Source: Clostridia bacterium
Lineage (GTDB): Bacteria > Bacillota > Clostridia > Christensenellales > UBA1242
Assembly (NCBI GenBank): GCA_045534265.1
Contig: JAZSJH010000002.1
Span: 24,473 to 88,472, forward strand
Direction of reading: 5' to 3'
DNA: 64,000 bases
A model generated the notes under the pieces. That model was not told the origin of the DNA. It did no database searches and worked only from the letters and a program-made list of their open reading frames with translations. A program made the translations under genes and the position numbers. Below, one piece after another: positions 8,690 to 18,347 of the stretch (the first letter of the stretch is position 1; each line of letters opens with the position of its first letter).

Positions 8690-10840
8690 CTACATAGAAA
8701 CCCTATCTTTGATTTCGGCAAGTTTGCCGTCATTCATAAAGCTTCTGCCTTTTACTTTTGAATAACCAAGGTATCCACAAACTCTGTTTACCTCTGTTAT
8801 GTTTTCGCTACCGCATTTTGGACACTTTGTCATATCTAGTTGTTCGTATCCGCAATCTTCGCAATAGCATTTGTCCATATTAACGCCTTGGTAGAAGCCC
8901 ATAGCCATACCTCTACGGATAACAGCTTTCAACGCTTCAACGTTGTAGTCAATAGGATATTTTGTATATGTGATTTTTCCACCATTTGATAGTTCCCAGA
9001 ATCTCTTTTCTGCATCTTGTTTTTGGATAGCAGTGATTTTTTCGCCTACGTGGCAGTGGAAACTATTTGTGAAATAATCTTTATCAGAAACGCCTTCGAT
9101 AATGCCATATACCGCTCTAAATTGTTTTACTTGTAGTGGTATCAAGCTTTCGCCTGGTGTTCCGTAGATAGCATAAAGAATTTTGTCTTCTTCTTTGATT
9201 TTGTTTACATATTCGTTAAGATATCTCATTACTTCTAGTGCAAATTCACCATCTTCAACGATTGATTTTCCGTTATAAAGCTTTTGTACTTCGTTAAGGG
9301 CTGTATAGCCAAAGCTAAATGTTACATAATCAAGTAGTGGAGCAATAGAATCGTTAGCTTTTAGCTTGCCTTTGTAAAGTCCACCTTCCATAAACGCAAG
9401 TGGGCTCTTTGATGCTTTTAGTTTACCTAGGAAGTCTTTAGTTCTTTTGTGAAGATGTCTAATCATCTCTAGGTATTCGTGGTAAACTTCAAAGAAATCT
9501 CTTCCTTCAGTTTTTGCTTTCATAAATATCATAGGAAGGTTAAGAGTTATAGCGCCACCATTAAATCTTCCTACAAATACTGGTTTGTCATCATCACCAC
9601 ATTTCTTTTGTCCACCTTTTTCCCAGTATGGAGAAAGGAATGCTCTACAGCCCATAGGAGAGATAACCCTACCATATGTTTTGTACATATCAGCGATATA
9701 GCCTTCGCCGCTAAGTGATAGATAGTCTGGGTATTGTGCGTGTCTAGAGCACTCAACAGCTGCATCAAATAGGTCTTCCAACTCTTTTCCTTTGCCGTGA
9801 ACATTTTCGTCATAAAGGAAAATAAGTTTTGGGAATAATACAGCTTTCTTAAATCCAGGAGCGCCTTGACCGCCAGCTCTTACTTTTAGCATAGCTTTTG
9901 TTGCCATCTTTTCAAAATCGCTACCACCTAGACCAAATGTAAATGCAACAAATGGATAGTCTCCACGAGATGAACCAACAGTGTTTAGTTTGTATTCTAG
10001 AGCTTGGAAACCTTGCTCAAAATCTCTTTTTACTTTGTTGTATGCGTATTCTTTAGTTTTTTCTTCTAGTTCTTTCTTTGATAGAGTAGTTCCAAAATCA
10101 GCAACTATTTTAGAATATTCATCACAATATTTTTTGTAGCTCTTTTCTGCGTATTTGTTCAAAGTCTTGTCGATTTCTGGTAGAGTAAATCCGCCATATT
10201 GTTGGCTTGCTGCCGCCATAATAACGTCACCAATTACGTTAAAGCAAATAGCAAGAGTAGTTGGCTCTGTATATTTGATATTACCAAGCTCAAAACCACC
10301 ATCAAGAACAGTAGCTAGGTCAAACAAACAGCAGTTGTAAGTATCAAGTCTTGCACTTCTGTCGTGGATATAAATATATCCTTCTTTCATAGCTTGTCTT
10401 TCTTCTGGCATCAAGAAGAACTTTTTGTAAAATTCACCATTAAGTTCGTTCCAGCCAAGGCATCTTTTTGTAGATACAAGTGTGCTGTCGGTGTTTGCGT
10501 TGCTTCTGTCACCTATAAAGTCAATGCTTTGTACCTTTTGATATACGTTATCTAGCATTTTTACAAAGTCTTGACGATAGTTACGATAGTCTTTGTAAGA
10601 CTTTGCAACTCTATCATCAACGCTTTCCAAAGCTTTTTCTACAATGTTGTGCATTGTAGGAATAGGTATTTCTTTAATTCCTAGTTTTTTTACTTCGGTA
10701 TTAACAAAATCTCTAATCTTATCAAGTTCTGCGTCATTAAATGTAATTAATGCTCTTGATGCGCTCTTTGAAATCGCTGCGATAACCTTTTCTACATTAT
10801 AGTCTTCGCGTGTTCCGTCTTTTTTGATTACTTTTATCAT
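8690..10840 (-). CDS. nrdD: Class III anaerobic ribonucleoside-triphosphate reductase
   Basis: N-terminal ATP cone (VIKKDG), YNCC, MGCR, C-terminal CxxC-CxxC and the glycyl-radical motif RVCGY. Confidence 0.97.
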   Translation of the reverse strand: MIKVIKKDGTREDYNVEKVIAAISKSASRALITFNDAELDKIRDFVNTEVKKLGIKEIPIPTMHNIVEKALESVDDRVAKSYKDYRNYRQDFVKMLDNVYQKVQSIDFIGDRSNANTDSTLVSTKRCLGWNELNGEFYKKFFLMPEERQAMKEGYIYIHDRSARLDTYNCCLFDLATVLDGGFELGNIKYTEPTTLAICFNVIGDVIMAAASQQYGGFTLPEIDKTLNKYAEKSYKKYCDEYSKIVADFGTTLSKKELEEKTKEYAYNKVKRDFEQGFQALEYKLNTVGSSRGDYPFVAFTFGLGGSDFEKMATKAMLKVRAGGQGAPGFKKAVLFPKLIFLYDENVHGKGKELEDLFDAAVECSRHAQYPDYLSLSGEGYIADMYKTYGRVISPMGCRAFLSPYWEKGGQKKCGDDDKPVFVGRFNGGAITLNLPMIFMKAKTEGRDFFEVYHEYLEMIRHLHKRTKDFLGKLKASKSPLAFMEGGLYKGKLKANDSIAPLLDYVTFSFGYTALNEVQKLYNGKSIVEDGEFALEVMRYLNEYVNKIKEEDKILYAIYGTPGESLIPLQVKQFRAVYGIIEGVSDKDYFTNSFHCHVGEKITAIQKQDAEKRFWELSNGGKITYTKYPIDYNVEALKAVIRRGMAMGFYQGVNMDKCYCEDCGYEQLDMTKCPKCGSENITEVNRVCGYLGYSKVKGRSFMNDGKLAEIKDRVSM

Positions 10841-10861
10841 AGTTTCCTCCATTAGCCTTAT

Positions 10862-10877
10862 ACACAATATATAGTGG
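10862..10877. promoter_or_regulatory. NrdR box upstream of nrdD
   Basis: ACACAATATATAGTGG matches the acaCwAtATaTwGtg consensus. A weaker copy ATACTATATGTTCTAT lies at 10895-10910. Confidence 0.8.
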
Positions 10878-11056
10878 TATGTTTTTTGCTACAAATACTA
10901 TATGTTCTATTTATAACACAAGGCAATAATATAGGCAATATAAAAATTAAAAATCTTTTTTGAAAAATCTTATGAAAAACACTTGCTTTTTTTTTACTAG
11001 CATAAAGGGGGTCAAAAACACTCAAAAAAGGGGTGTTTTTAATCAAAAATAACAAT

Positions 11057-11065
11057 TGTGGATAA
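11057..11065 (-). promoter_or_regulatory. DnaA box
   Basis: TGTGGATAA is the reverse complement of the perfect box TTATCCACA. A second box TTATACACA is at 10858-10866. Confidence 0.55.
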
Positions 11066-11345
11066 CTTTTTTGGTAAAAAATATTTTGAAAATTATTTTT
11101 TTTGGTCCCGATATTGTTATAAAAACATAACACATCAGGCTTTTTTAGAGATTTTTGAAGGGTGAATTTATGTCACAATATACTGTGACGGGACTATATT
11201 TTGTGGTTGTAGGTTGTTTTTTTTACAACACAATATGTAGGGGTAATATATTGTTTTTGAAAAATATTTTTACCCTATACATATTAGTTGCGTTTTTTGT
11301 TTGTGGGGGGTATACTTTTTATATAAATCAAAAGGAGATAAGAGT

Positions 11346-12044
11346 ATGAAAAAGAGAATTTTTAGCTTTTTGCTTATGCTTTGTTTATTTATTCCTTGCA
11401 CATTTTCTTTTACAGGGTGCGACAAAGGTGCAAGTTATGTAAATCTTGATGGCAAAACAATAATTTTTGATAGGGCAGAAACTTTGGAACAAGAAGCTCA
11501 GAGCATTTATTGTCCATTTATAGATCCAGGCACAGATATTAGCTATATAGCACAATATACAAGCGAAGAGTTTGTAGAAGAGTTTTACGATCAAGGCGTT
11601 ATTTCTACAATAACCCAAAACCCTAACATTTCAACATTAGAGCAAGCAAAGTCAGCGTTTTTTGATGCATCTATAGAACTTGTAAGACCACAATTTTTGA
11701 TTTATAAGTTTGCAGAAGATGGCAGTAGCGTTACAACTTATGCTTATAATGATACAAGCCTTACAACTCCGCTAAATACTTATTCTGTAAGAAAGAGCAG
11801 AACAGCAACAGGCATTATGTATGATTTTATGGAAGAAGGAGATGGCTTGATTGTTTCAGAGCCTGGATACATAAAATGGTCTGGAGAACTTGAAGGCACT
11901 TATTTTGATGTTTCTCAGTTTACAACTATAATGATGACTTGCAAAGCCGAAGAAAATCCATCACAAACAATAGAAAGACCACTTTCTATGGTAGAAAGAG
12001 TAGGAGCGGGCGTTCCAAAAGGCATACATTACAAAGTTGTATAA
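11346..12044 (+). CDS. Hypothetical lipoprotein
   Basis: MKKRIFSFLLMLCLFIPCTFSFTGC signal peptide with lipobox. RBS AGGAG. Confidence 0.7.
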   Translation: MKKRIFSFLLMLCLFIPCTFSFTGCDKGASYVNLDGKTIIFDRAETLEQEAQSIYCPFIDPGTDISYIAQYTSEEFVEEFYDQGVISTITQNPNISTLEQAKSAFFDASIELVRPQFLIYKFAEDGSSVTTYAYNDTSLTTPLNTYSVRKSRTATGIMYDFMEEGDGLIVSEPGYIKWSGELEGTYFDVSQFTTIMMTCKAEENPSQTIERPLSMVERVGAGVPKGIHYKVV

Positions 12045-12216
12045 TTAATACTTAGTATAAAAAACCTACTAATTTTTAGTAGGTTTTTTGTTTTGATATA
12101 TAAGTTATACCCATTATTCTAAAAAGGTATAGCAAATTGTTGATTTTTGGGGAGATTTTGAGTGAAATCTTTAGTTTTTTGTGCTAAACTATAGGTATTA
12201 AAAGGAAAAATATGAA

Positions 12217-12753
12217 ATGAAACTAATTGTAGCATCAGATATTCACGGATCACTATATTATACAAACAAACTTCTTGATAGATTTGTCGGTGAAAAAGGG
12301 GATAAGCTTATTATCTTGGGGGACTTTTATTATCACGGACCAAGAAATCCGTTGACTGAAGATTATAATCCTGCAGATGTAGCAAAAGCACTTAATGGTT
12401 ATAAACATTGTCTTATCGCAATAAAAGGCAACTGTGATGCAGATGTTGACCAAATGATTTCGGAGTTTGAGATGCAAGAAAGGGTGGACCTTGAGTATGA
12501 AGGCAAAGTTATTACACTAACTCACGGGCATAGATACAACCTTGACAATGTTCCTTACGATTGTGGTGATGTGATGTTGTATGGGCATTTTCATGTGCCT
12601 TTTATCAAAGAAGAAAATGGCGTAGTGTTTGCAAGTCCAGGCTCTGTATCGCTTCCAAAACTTAACAGCAAGCATAGTTATATGGTGATAGAAAACAGAG
12701 AAATAACAATAAAAAGTTTAGATGGCGAAATTTTGCAAAAAATGTCATTTTAA
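12217..12753 (+). CDS. YfcE-like metallophosphoesterase/phosphodiesterase
   Basis: SDIHG, LGDFYYHGPRN, GNCD, THGH, GHFH and SPGS. Confidence 0.9.
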   Translation: MKLIVASDIHGSLYYTNKLLDRFVGEKGDKLIILGDFYYHGPRNPLTEDYNPADVAKALNGYKHCLIAIKGNCDADVDQMISEFEMQERVDLEYEGKVITLTHGHRYNLDNVPYDCGDVMLYGHFHVPFIKEENGVVFASPGSVSLPKLNSKHSYMVIENREITIKSLDGEILQKMSF

Positions 12754-12838
12754 TTGCAAGTTTACTATTGACATAAAACTTGCATTGTAATAAGATTAGT
12801 ATACTAAAATTATAAATATATATAATAGGGATAAAATT

Positions 12839-14722
12839 ATGGGAAAGAAAACACAAGAAATTGTAGTTAAAGAAAAAACTACAAAGAAAAAAACAAAAGT
12901 AAAAGTTGAAGCCCCAAAAACAGAAACACCTATCATAACAGACAAAAAAGCTAAAAAACCTGTAAACAAACTAAAAGGTTATAAAGGGCTAAAGAAACTT
13001 GTTCCTTTTTACCGCAAGTATTTAGGGCTATTTATAGCGACCATTTTGTCACTTGTTATCAGTGGTGTAGTTGGACTTTTTGGGCCTATCTTTAGTGCAC
13101 AAGCTTTGGCTAATCTTTCAGAGCTAAACTACGACAGCGCTTTAACATTTGCTCTTTTATTTGTTGGAATAAGAGTTGTGGTAGAAATATTCAACCACAT
13201 ACACGGTGTATGTTATGTTAAGATGGACAGTAAGGTTGTGTTTGATATAAAACAAGCATTGATTCGTAGCATTACATCTGTAACAATGACCAAAAGCGAC
13301 CAAACAAACAGCGGTGTTTATATCGAAAGAATGAACGAAGACGCTGGCAAATGCTCAGACGTTCTTATGGATATAATGAGTGTAATTTTGGATGTTATTT
13401 CAAACTTTGCATTCCTTATCTATATCGCATTTCTAAATATTTGGTTCTTTATTGCGCTTGTTGTGTATGTACTAGTTCTTTGGGCTTTTGATAGCAAAAA
13501 AGAAAGAATGTGGTTTTTACAAAGAAAGAAGTTTAGAGAAAAAAGAGAAATTGCAACAGGTTCATACAACGAACAAGTTCGTGGACTTAGAGATGTTAAG
13601 AGCCTTAACATAAGAAACAACACAATCAAAGACTCTGGCGAAAAGTTTGAACACGCACTTGATATCCACAGACTATCAAGATTTACAAGACGTAAATGGG
13701 TGCTTATTCGTAACATAGTTGGGGCTTTCTTTGAAGTAGGTTTCTTTGTTATGGGTATATTGTTTATTAAGTTTGGATATATCTCACTTGCGGGATTTTT
13801 GGTAATCTATATGTACCATGGCAACGTAAAAGGTCTTACAAATTACTTTGCTATGATTAAACAATACTCAATCGAAGGTGAACTTGCCGCTCAAAGAGTA
13901 TTTGAAATTATGGATGATTTCCCTAAAGAAAAATTTGGCGACAAAACAATCGAAAAAGTAGAAGGCAAAATTGAATTCAAAGACGTTACTTTTGGTTATG
14001 TCGAAGGCGAAAATGTCCTAGAAAAACTTAACCTTACTTTTGAGCCTAACAAAACAACAGCAGTCGTAGGAAAGAGTGGTAGCGGTAAGAGTACAATACT
14101 TGCACTTTTGAATAAGCTATATGATATAAAAGATGGTCAACTTCTTATAGATGGATATGACATTAATGAACTTTCAGAAGATGCGATAAGAGATAATATC
14201 GGTATCGTAACTCAAGCGCCATATATTTTTAACCGAACTATTAGAGAAAACTTGTTGTTTATAAACCCAAATGCTACTGAAGAGCAAATGATATCTGCCC
14301 TTAAAAGAGCTCAAATCTACAACTTTATCAAAAAACTTGATAAAGGTCTTGATAGCTTGGTTGGTGAAAACGGCGTTATGCTATCTGGTGGACAAAAGCA
14401 AAGAATCGCTATTGCAAGAATACTACTTAAAAACAGTAAAATCATTGTCTTTGACGAAGCAACATCAGCCTTAGATAACGAAAGCCAAGGACTTATCGTT
14501 AAAGCAATCGATAGCCTTAAAAAAGACCACACAATTATTATAGTAGCTCACAGATTGTCAACTATTGTTGGCGCAGATAATATAGTAGTTCTAGAAAGTG
14601 GAAAAATTCTTGACCAAGGTACACACAATCAACTATTTAGAAGATGCAAAATGTATAAAGAACTATACAAGAGCGAAGAAACAAGACAAGAGCTTGAAAA
14701 TATGCTTAGCGAAAACCAATAA
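12839..14722 (+). CDS. ABC exporter, fused TMD + ATPase
   Basis: N-terminal TM helices, GKSGSGKST, LSGGQKQR, FDEATSALD and AHRLST. Confidence 0.93.
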   Translation: MGKKTQEIVVKEKTTKKKTKVKVEAPKTETPIITDKKAKKPVNKLKGYKGLKKLVPFYRKYLGLFIATILSLVISGVVGLFGPIFSAQALANLSELNYDSALTFALLFVGIRVVVEIFNHIHGVCYVKMDSKVVFDIKQALIRSITSVTMTKSDQTNSGVYIERMNEDAGKCSDVLMDIMSVILDVISNFAFLIYIAFLNIWFFIALVVYVLVLWAFDSKKERMWFLQRKKFREKREIATGSYNEQVRGLRDVKSLNIRNNTIKDSGEKFEHALDIHRLSRFTRRKWVLIRNIVGAFFEVGFFVMGILFIKFGYISLAGFLVIYMYHGNVKGLTNYFAMIKQYSIEGELAAQRVFEIMDDFPKEKFGDKTIEKVEGKIEFKDVTFGYVEGENVLEKLNLTFEPNKTTAVVGKSGSGKSTILALLNKLYDIKDGQLLIDGYDINELSEDAIRDNIGIVTQAPYIFNRTIRENLLFINPNATEEQMISALKRAQIYNFIKKLDKGLDSLVGENGVMLSGGQKQRIAIARILLKNSKIIVFDEATSALDNESQGLIVKAIDSLKKDHTIIIVAHRLSTIVGADNIVVLESGKILDQGTHNQLFRRCKMYKELYKSEETRQELENMLSENQ

Positions 14723-14808
14723 TAAAAAGAAAAAAAGACTTGATAATATTCAAGTCTTTTTTTGTGTCTTTGATTAAGACATATAAACAAAGCCTTTCAA
14801 AAAAAGTA

Positions 14809-15267
14809 TTATATCTTTTTACGAAGGATTGTTTTGATAGGGGTATAGCCTAGTTTTTTGTAGCATCTTTCGGCAGGGGTGTTTGCGTTTATATATGTTA
14901 TTTCAATATGGGCGGTAGAGTAGTTTTTCTTTGCCCAGTTTTCTACTGCGTTAATTAGCGCAGAACCTATACCATTTGAGCGGCTATCTTCTTTGATAAA
15001 AAGCCCGTCTATTTCAATAATATTGTCTAAAAAAGAAGTCCCTTTTTCTATTTTTCTATAAGCATAAATAAAGCCAAGTGGTTGATTGTTTTCAAAAGCC
15101 AAAGCAAGATATTTGTTTTCATTATCTAAAGCTCTGCGATAAAAATCTTGTACAAAAAATTTATCATTAATCACCTTATCAAGATTTGATTCGTACTTTA
15201 TAAGTTCTGTCAAAAATCTATCACAAGTATCAGCATCATCTATTGTTGTTACTCTTTTTATTTCCAT
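14809..15267 (-). CDS. GNAT acetyltransferase
   Basis: LFIKEDSRSNGIGSALI and N..AERCYKKLGY. Confidence 0.85.
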   Translation of the reverse strand: MEIKRVTTIDDADTCDRFLTELIKYESNLDKVINDKFFVQDFYRRALDNENKYLALAFENNQPLGFIYAYRKIEKGTSFLDNIIEIDGLFIKEDSRSNGIGSALINAVENWAKKNYSTAHIEITYINANTPAERCYKKLGYTPIKTILRKKI

Positions 15268-15278
15268 AATTTTACCTT

Positions 15279-15590
15279 TTAATTTTCGCTACCCATAGAG
15301 CCTTTCTTTTCTATGCGGGCTTTGTATTTTGCTAATATTTTATCAAGGGCTTTTTCGCTATCAACACCGGTTTCATTTGCTAAAGATAGCAAAGAGTACA
15401 AAACATCTCCAAGTTCCATTTCAAAATCTTCTGTTACAGAAAAATCAGTTGTTCCGTAGTTTGATGCTTTTAGAACTTCTTTTGCAAGTTCGCCTATTTC
15501 ACTAGATATATCAAGTAGTCTTGCAGATGCCGGCATTGGCTTTTTGTGGCAAGGCATAGAGTCGTTAAAATCTTTTACTTTTTGTTGCAT
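15279..15590 (-). CDS. MazG-like NTP pyrophosphohydrolase
   Basis: SEIGELAKEV...ELGDVLY. Confidence 0.82.
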   Translation of the reverse strand: MQQKVKDFNDSMPCHKKPMPASARLLDISSEIGELAKEVLKASNYGTTDFSVTEDFEMELGDVLYSLLSLANETGVDSEKALDKILAKYKARIEKKGSMGSEN

Positions 15591-15686
15591 ATAAAAATTC
15601 CCCCAATATCTTTATTTGTCTATAATATAGCATACTTTTGTTTATCTTCAAACAAAAAAGCCACTAATCAATTAGTGGCTTTTAAT

Positions 15687-16718
15687 TTATTTTTTGGTTG
15701 TTTTTGTAGCTTTTTTTGAACTTGTTGCAGCTTGCTTTGCGTTTTTTGTTGATTTTTTTGCAATTGCTTTATTTGCCTTGGTCTTAAATTTTGGATAAAG
15801 CTTGCAATGTTCGTTATCAAGTGGTTTTTGAATAAAGTTTAGAATATCTTGATAAACCATTTCTTTGATTGGTTCGTTCAAAATTTCGTGTCTTGCGTCA
15901 TCATAAAGTTTCATTGTAACATCAATGTCGTCTTCGTGATATAGCTTAAATAGTTTTATAACATCTTTGCCCATACCACCAACAGGGTCATCTTTTCCTG
16001 AGATTAGAAGTATTGGCTTATGATGGTTGATTTCTTGAAGTTTGTGCTTGTTGTAAGAGTTAAGAAGGCCAGTGAAAAAGTCATTATAAAATTTGGCAGA
16101 AAATGGGGTTCCGCAATAAGGGTCTTGTTCGTATTTTTTTACTTCGTCTTCGTCAGTATTTAGCCAAGAACCATTTTTGACAGCTTTGTTATAAGAGCCT
16201 TTCATAATGTTTTCTACCATAGTAGCAACTTTGTCTGGACCTTTTCTGTTCATTATTCTGCTGGCGATAAATTTACCAAGTTTGATTGCAACACTGCCTT
16301 TCATACAAGCAGAGCCGCAAAGAATTGCCTTGCTGTATAGGTCGCAGTTTTGAATATAGTTTTGGGTTATAAATGAGCCGTAACTATGACCAAACATATA
16401 TAGTGGCAAATCATCATATTGTTCTTTTAGCATAGCAGAGAAGAACATTTGGTCTTTCATTGTGTCATAGAACAAATTTCCGCCTTCATACTTTCCTAGA
16501 TTTTCCACAGAGCCTGCTGTTTTGCCGTGGGCTCTATGGTCGTCAGCAAATACAATATATCCGTGTTTGTTTAGGAATTTTGCAAAGTCATCATATCTTG
16601 CTGCGTGTTCTTGCATTCCGTGGGCTATTTGAACAATACCAACAGGTTTTTCTACTTTGTCCCAGATATAACAGTAAATATCTGTTTTATCAAAAGATTT
16701 TATAAACTTTCCTTTCAT
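15687..16718 (-). CDS. Alpha/beta hydrolase (lysophospholipase/monoacylglycerol-lipase-like)
   Basis: HGMQEH, DHRAHG, GHSYG nucleophile elbow, DPVG and RHEILNE. Directly downstream of glpK. Confidence 0.87.
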   Translation of the reverse strand: MKGKFIKSFDKTDIYCYIWDKVEKPVGIVQIAHGMQEHAARYDDFAKFLNKHGYIVFADDHRAHGKTAGSVENLGKYEGGNLFYDTMKDQMFFSAMLKEQYDDLPLYMFGHSYGSFITQNYIQNCDLYSKAILCGSACMKGSVAIKLGKFIASRIMNRKGPDKVATMVENIMKGSYNKAVKNGSWLNTDEDEVKKYEQDPYCGTPFSAKFYNDFFTGLLNSYNKHKLQEINHHKPILLISGKDDPVGGMGKDVIKLFKLYHEDDIDVTMKLYDDARHEILNEPIKEMVYQDILNFIQKPLDNEHCKLYPKFKTKANKAIAKKSTKNAKQAATSSKKATKTTKK

Positions 16719-16727
16719 ATTTGCCTC

Positions 16728-18200
16728 CTATTTTTTTAGACATTGTCTAACGGCTTTTTCCCAGCCTTTTATGTTGTTGTTTACAGCTTCACGGTTTTTA
16801 GTAGGACTAAACTCTCCGTAAGTTGTAATTATTTTTTTGATTTCATCAAGGTTTTTATAAACGCCTGTCGCAAGTCCGCATAGATAAATTACACCAAGAC
16901 AAGTGCTTTCTTTGTTGCTTCTTACAACTTTTGCGTTAAGTAGGTCAGACTGGAACTGCAGCATATAATCGTTTGATGATACTCCGCCGTCTACCTTTAG
17001 GGTTTTTATGTTAAGGTCACTTTCTTTTGAGATAAGTTTCATAACATCATATGTCGAGAAAGCCATACTTTCGTATACTGCTCTGCAGATGTGTGATAGG
17101 TTAGAGCCACGGCTAAGGCCAGTTATCATTGCTCTTGCGTCCATATCCCAATAAGGAGCTCCAATACCGGTAAACGCAGGAACTAGATAAACCCCGCCGT
17201 TGTCGTTTACTTTTTCTATATGTTTATTGATAATTGCGTGATTTCTAACAACTCTAAATTCTTTCAAAAACCAGTCAAGCGTACTGCCTGCGTTAAATAC
17301 GCTACCTTCTATTGCGTATACCTTTTCGCCAGTAGGAGAGCAAGCAACCGTTGTAAGAAGACCGTTTTTGCTGATAATAGGTGTATTGCCGACATTAAGA
17401 AGTATAAAGCAGCCTGTGCCGTAGGTGTTTTTTATATCTCCCTTTTCAAAACAACCTTGACCAAATAGAGATGCTTGTTGGTCGCCGGCAACGCCTGTTA
17501 TTTTGATAGGCGAGCCCAAAATATCTGTTGTTCCAAAATCATCACAGCAGTTAAGAACTTTTGGTAAAATTTCTCTTGGTATTCCAAACAGGTCAAGAAG
17601 TTCTTGATCCCACTCAAAGGTGTTTATATTAAACAACATTGTACGAGATGCGTTGGTTACATCTGTTGCGTGTACCTTGCCGCCGGTTAGCCTATATACA
17701 AGATAGCTATCAATTGTTCCAACCAGCAAGTTGCCTTCTTTAAGAAGTTTTTTTGCAGCTTTTACATTGTCAAGTATCCACTTAATTTTTGTTCCGCTAA
17801 AATACGCATCAGGCAAAAGCCCTGTTTTTTGTTTTATCTTTTTGCAAAGAGCCACGTCTTTGTTTAGCTTTTTACACATATTTGCTGTTCTTCTGCATTG
17901 CCAAACAATTGCGTTGCAAATAGGTTTTCCGGTACGCTTATCCCAAGCAACTACAGTTTCTCTTTGGTTTGTTATACATATGCCATAGATATCTTTTGGG
18001 TCAATGTCTGCAGTCAATTTTTTTAGTGAGCCGATTTGTTTGTTCCAGATGACATTTGCATCATGTTCGACAAGACCAGACGCCGGAAAAATTTGCTTAA
18101 ATCTTTGCTTTTCTATTTTTTCGATAGAGTGGCTTTCGGTATTATAAAGAACCGCCCTTACTGACGTTGTTCCTTCATCAAGTGCAACAATGTATTTCAT
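16728..18200 (-). CDS. glpK: Glycerol kinase
   Basis: DEGTTS, TNQRET, AIVWQCRRT, YFSGTK, GDQQA, KNTYGTG and PYWD. Confidence 0.96.
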   Translation of the reverse strand: MKYIVALDEGTTSVRAVLYNTESHSIEKIEKQRFKQIFPASGLVEHDANVIWNKQIGSLKKLTADIDPKDIYGICITNQRETVVAWDKRTGKPICNAIVWQCRRTANMCKKLNKDVALCKKIKQKTGLLPDAYFSGTKIKWILDNVKAAKKLLKEGNLLVGTIDSYLVYRLTGGKVHATDVTNASRTMLFNINTFEWDQELLDLFGIPREILPKVLNCCDDFGTTDILGSPIKITGVAGDQQASLFGQGCFEKGDIKNTYGTGCFILLNVGNTPIISKNGLLTTVACSPTGEKVYAIEGSVFNAGSTLDWFLKEFRVVRNHAIINKHIEKVNDNGGVYLVPAFTGIGAPYWDMDARAMITGLSRGSNLSHICRAVYESMAFSTYDVMKLISKESDLNIKTLKVDGGVSSNDYMLQFQSDLLNAKVVRSNKESTCLGVIYLCGLATGVYKNLDEIKKIITTYGEFSPTKNREAVNNNIKGWEKAVRQCLKK

Positions 18201-18347
18201 AGCCACCTCCACAATTTATTTATACAAAAATGAAATATTTTAACCCTTTGCGGGTTGTTAATATTTGACTTATTTCTATCTAAAGTATATTATTAAATTG
18301 AAAATAAATAAAGTGTTTTTGACCAAAAAATTATAAAAGGAGCAAAT

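Noticed and set aside
11040-11070. Replication origin
   Set aside because: Only two DnaA boxes are present and there is no dnaA/dnaN context. Regulation of nrdD explains them better.
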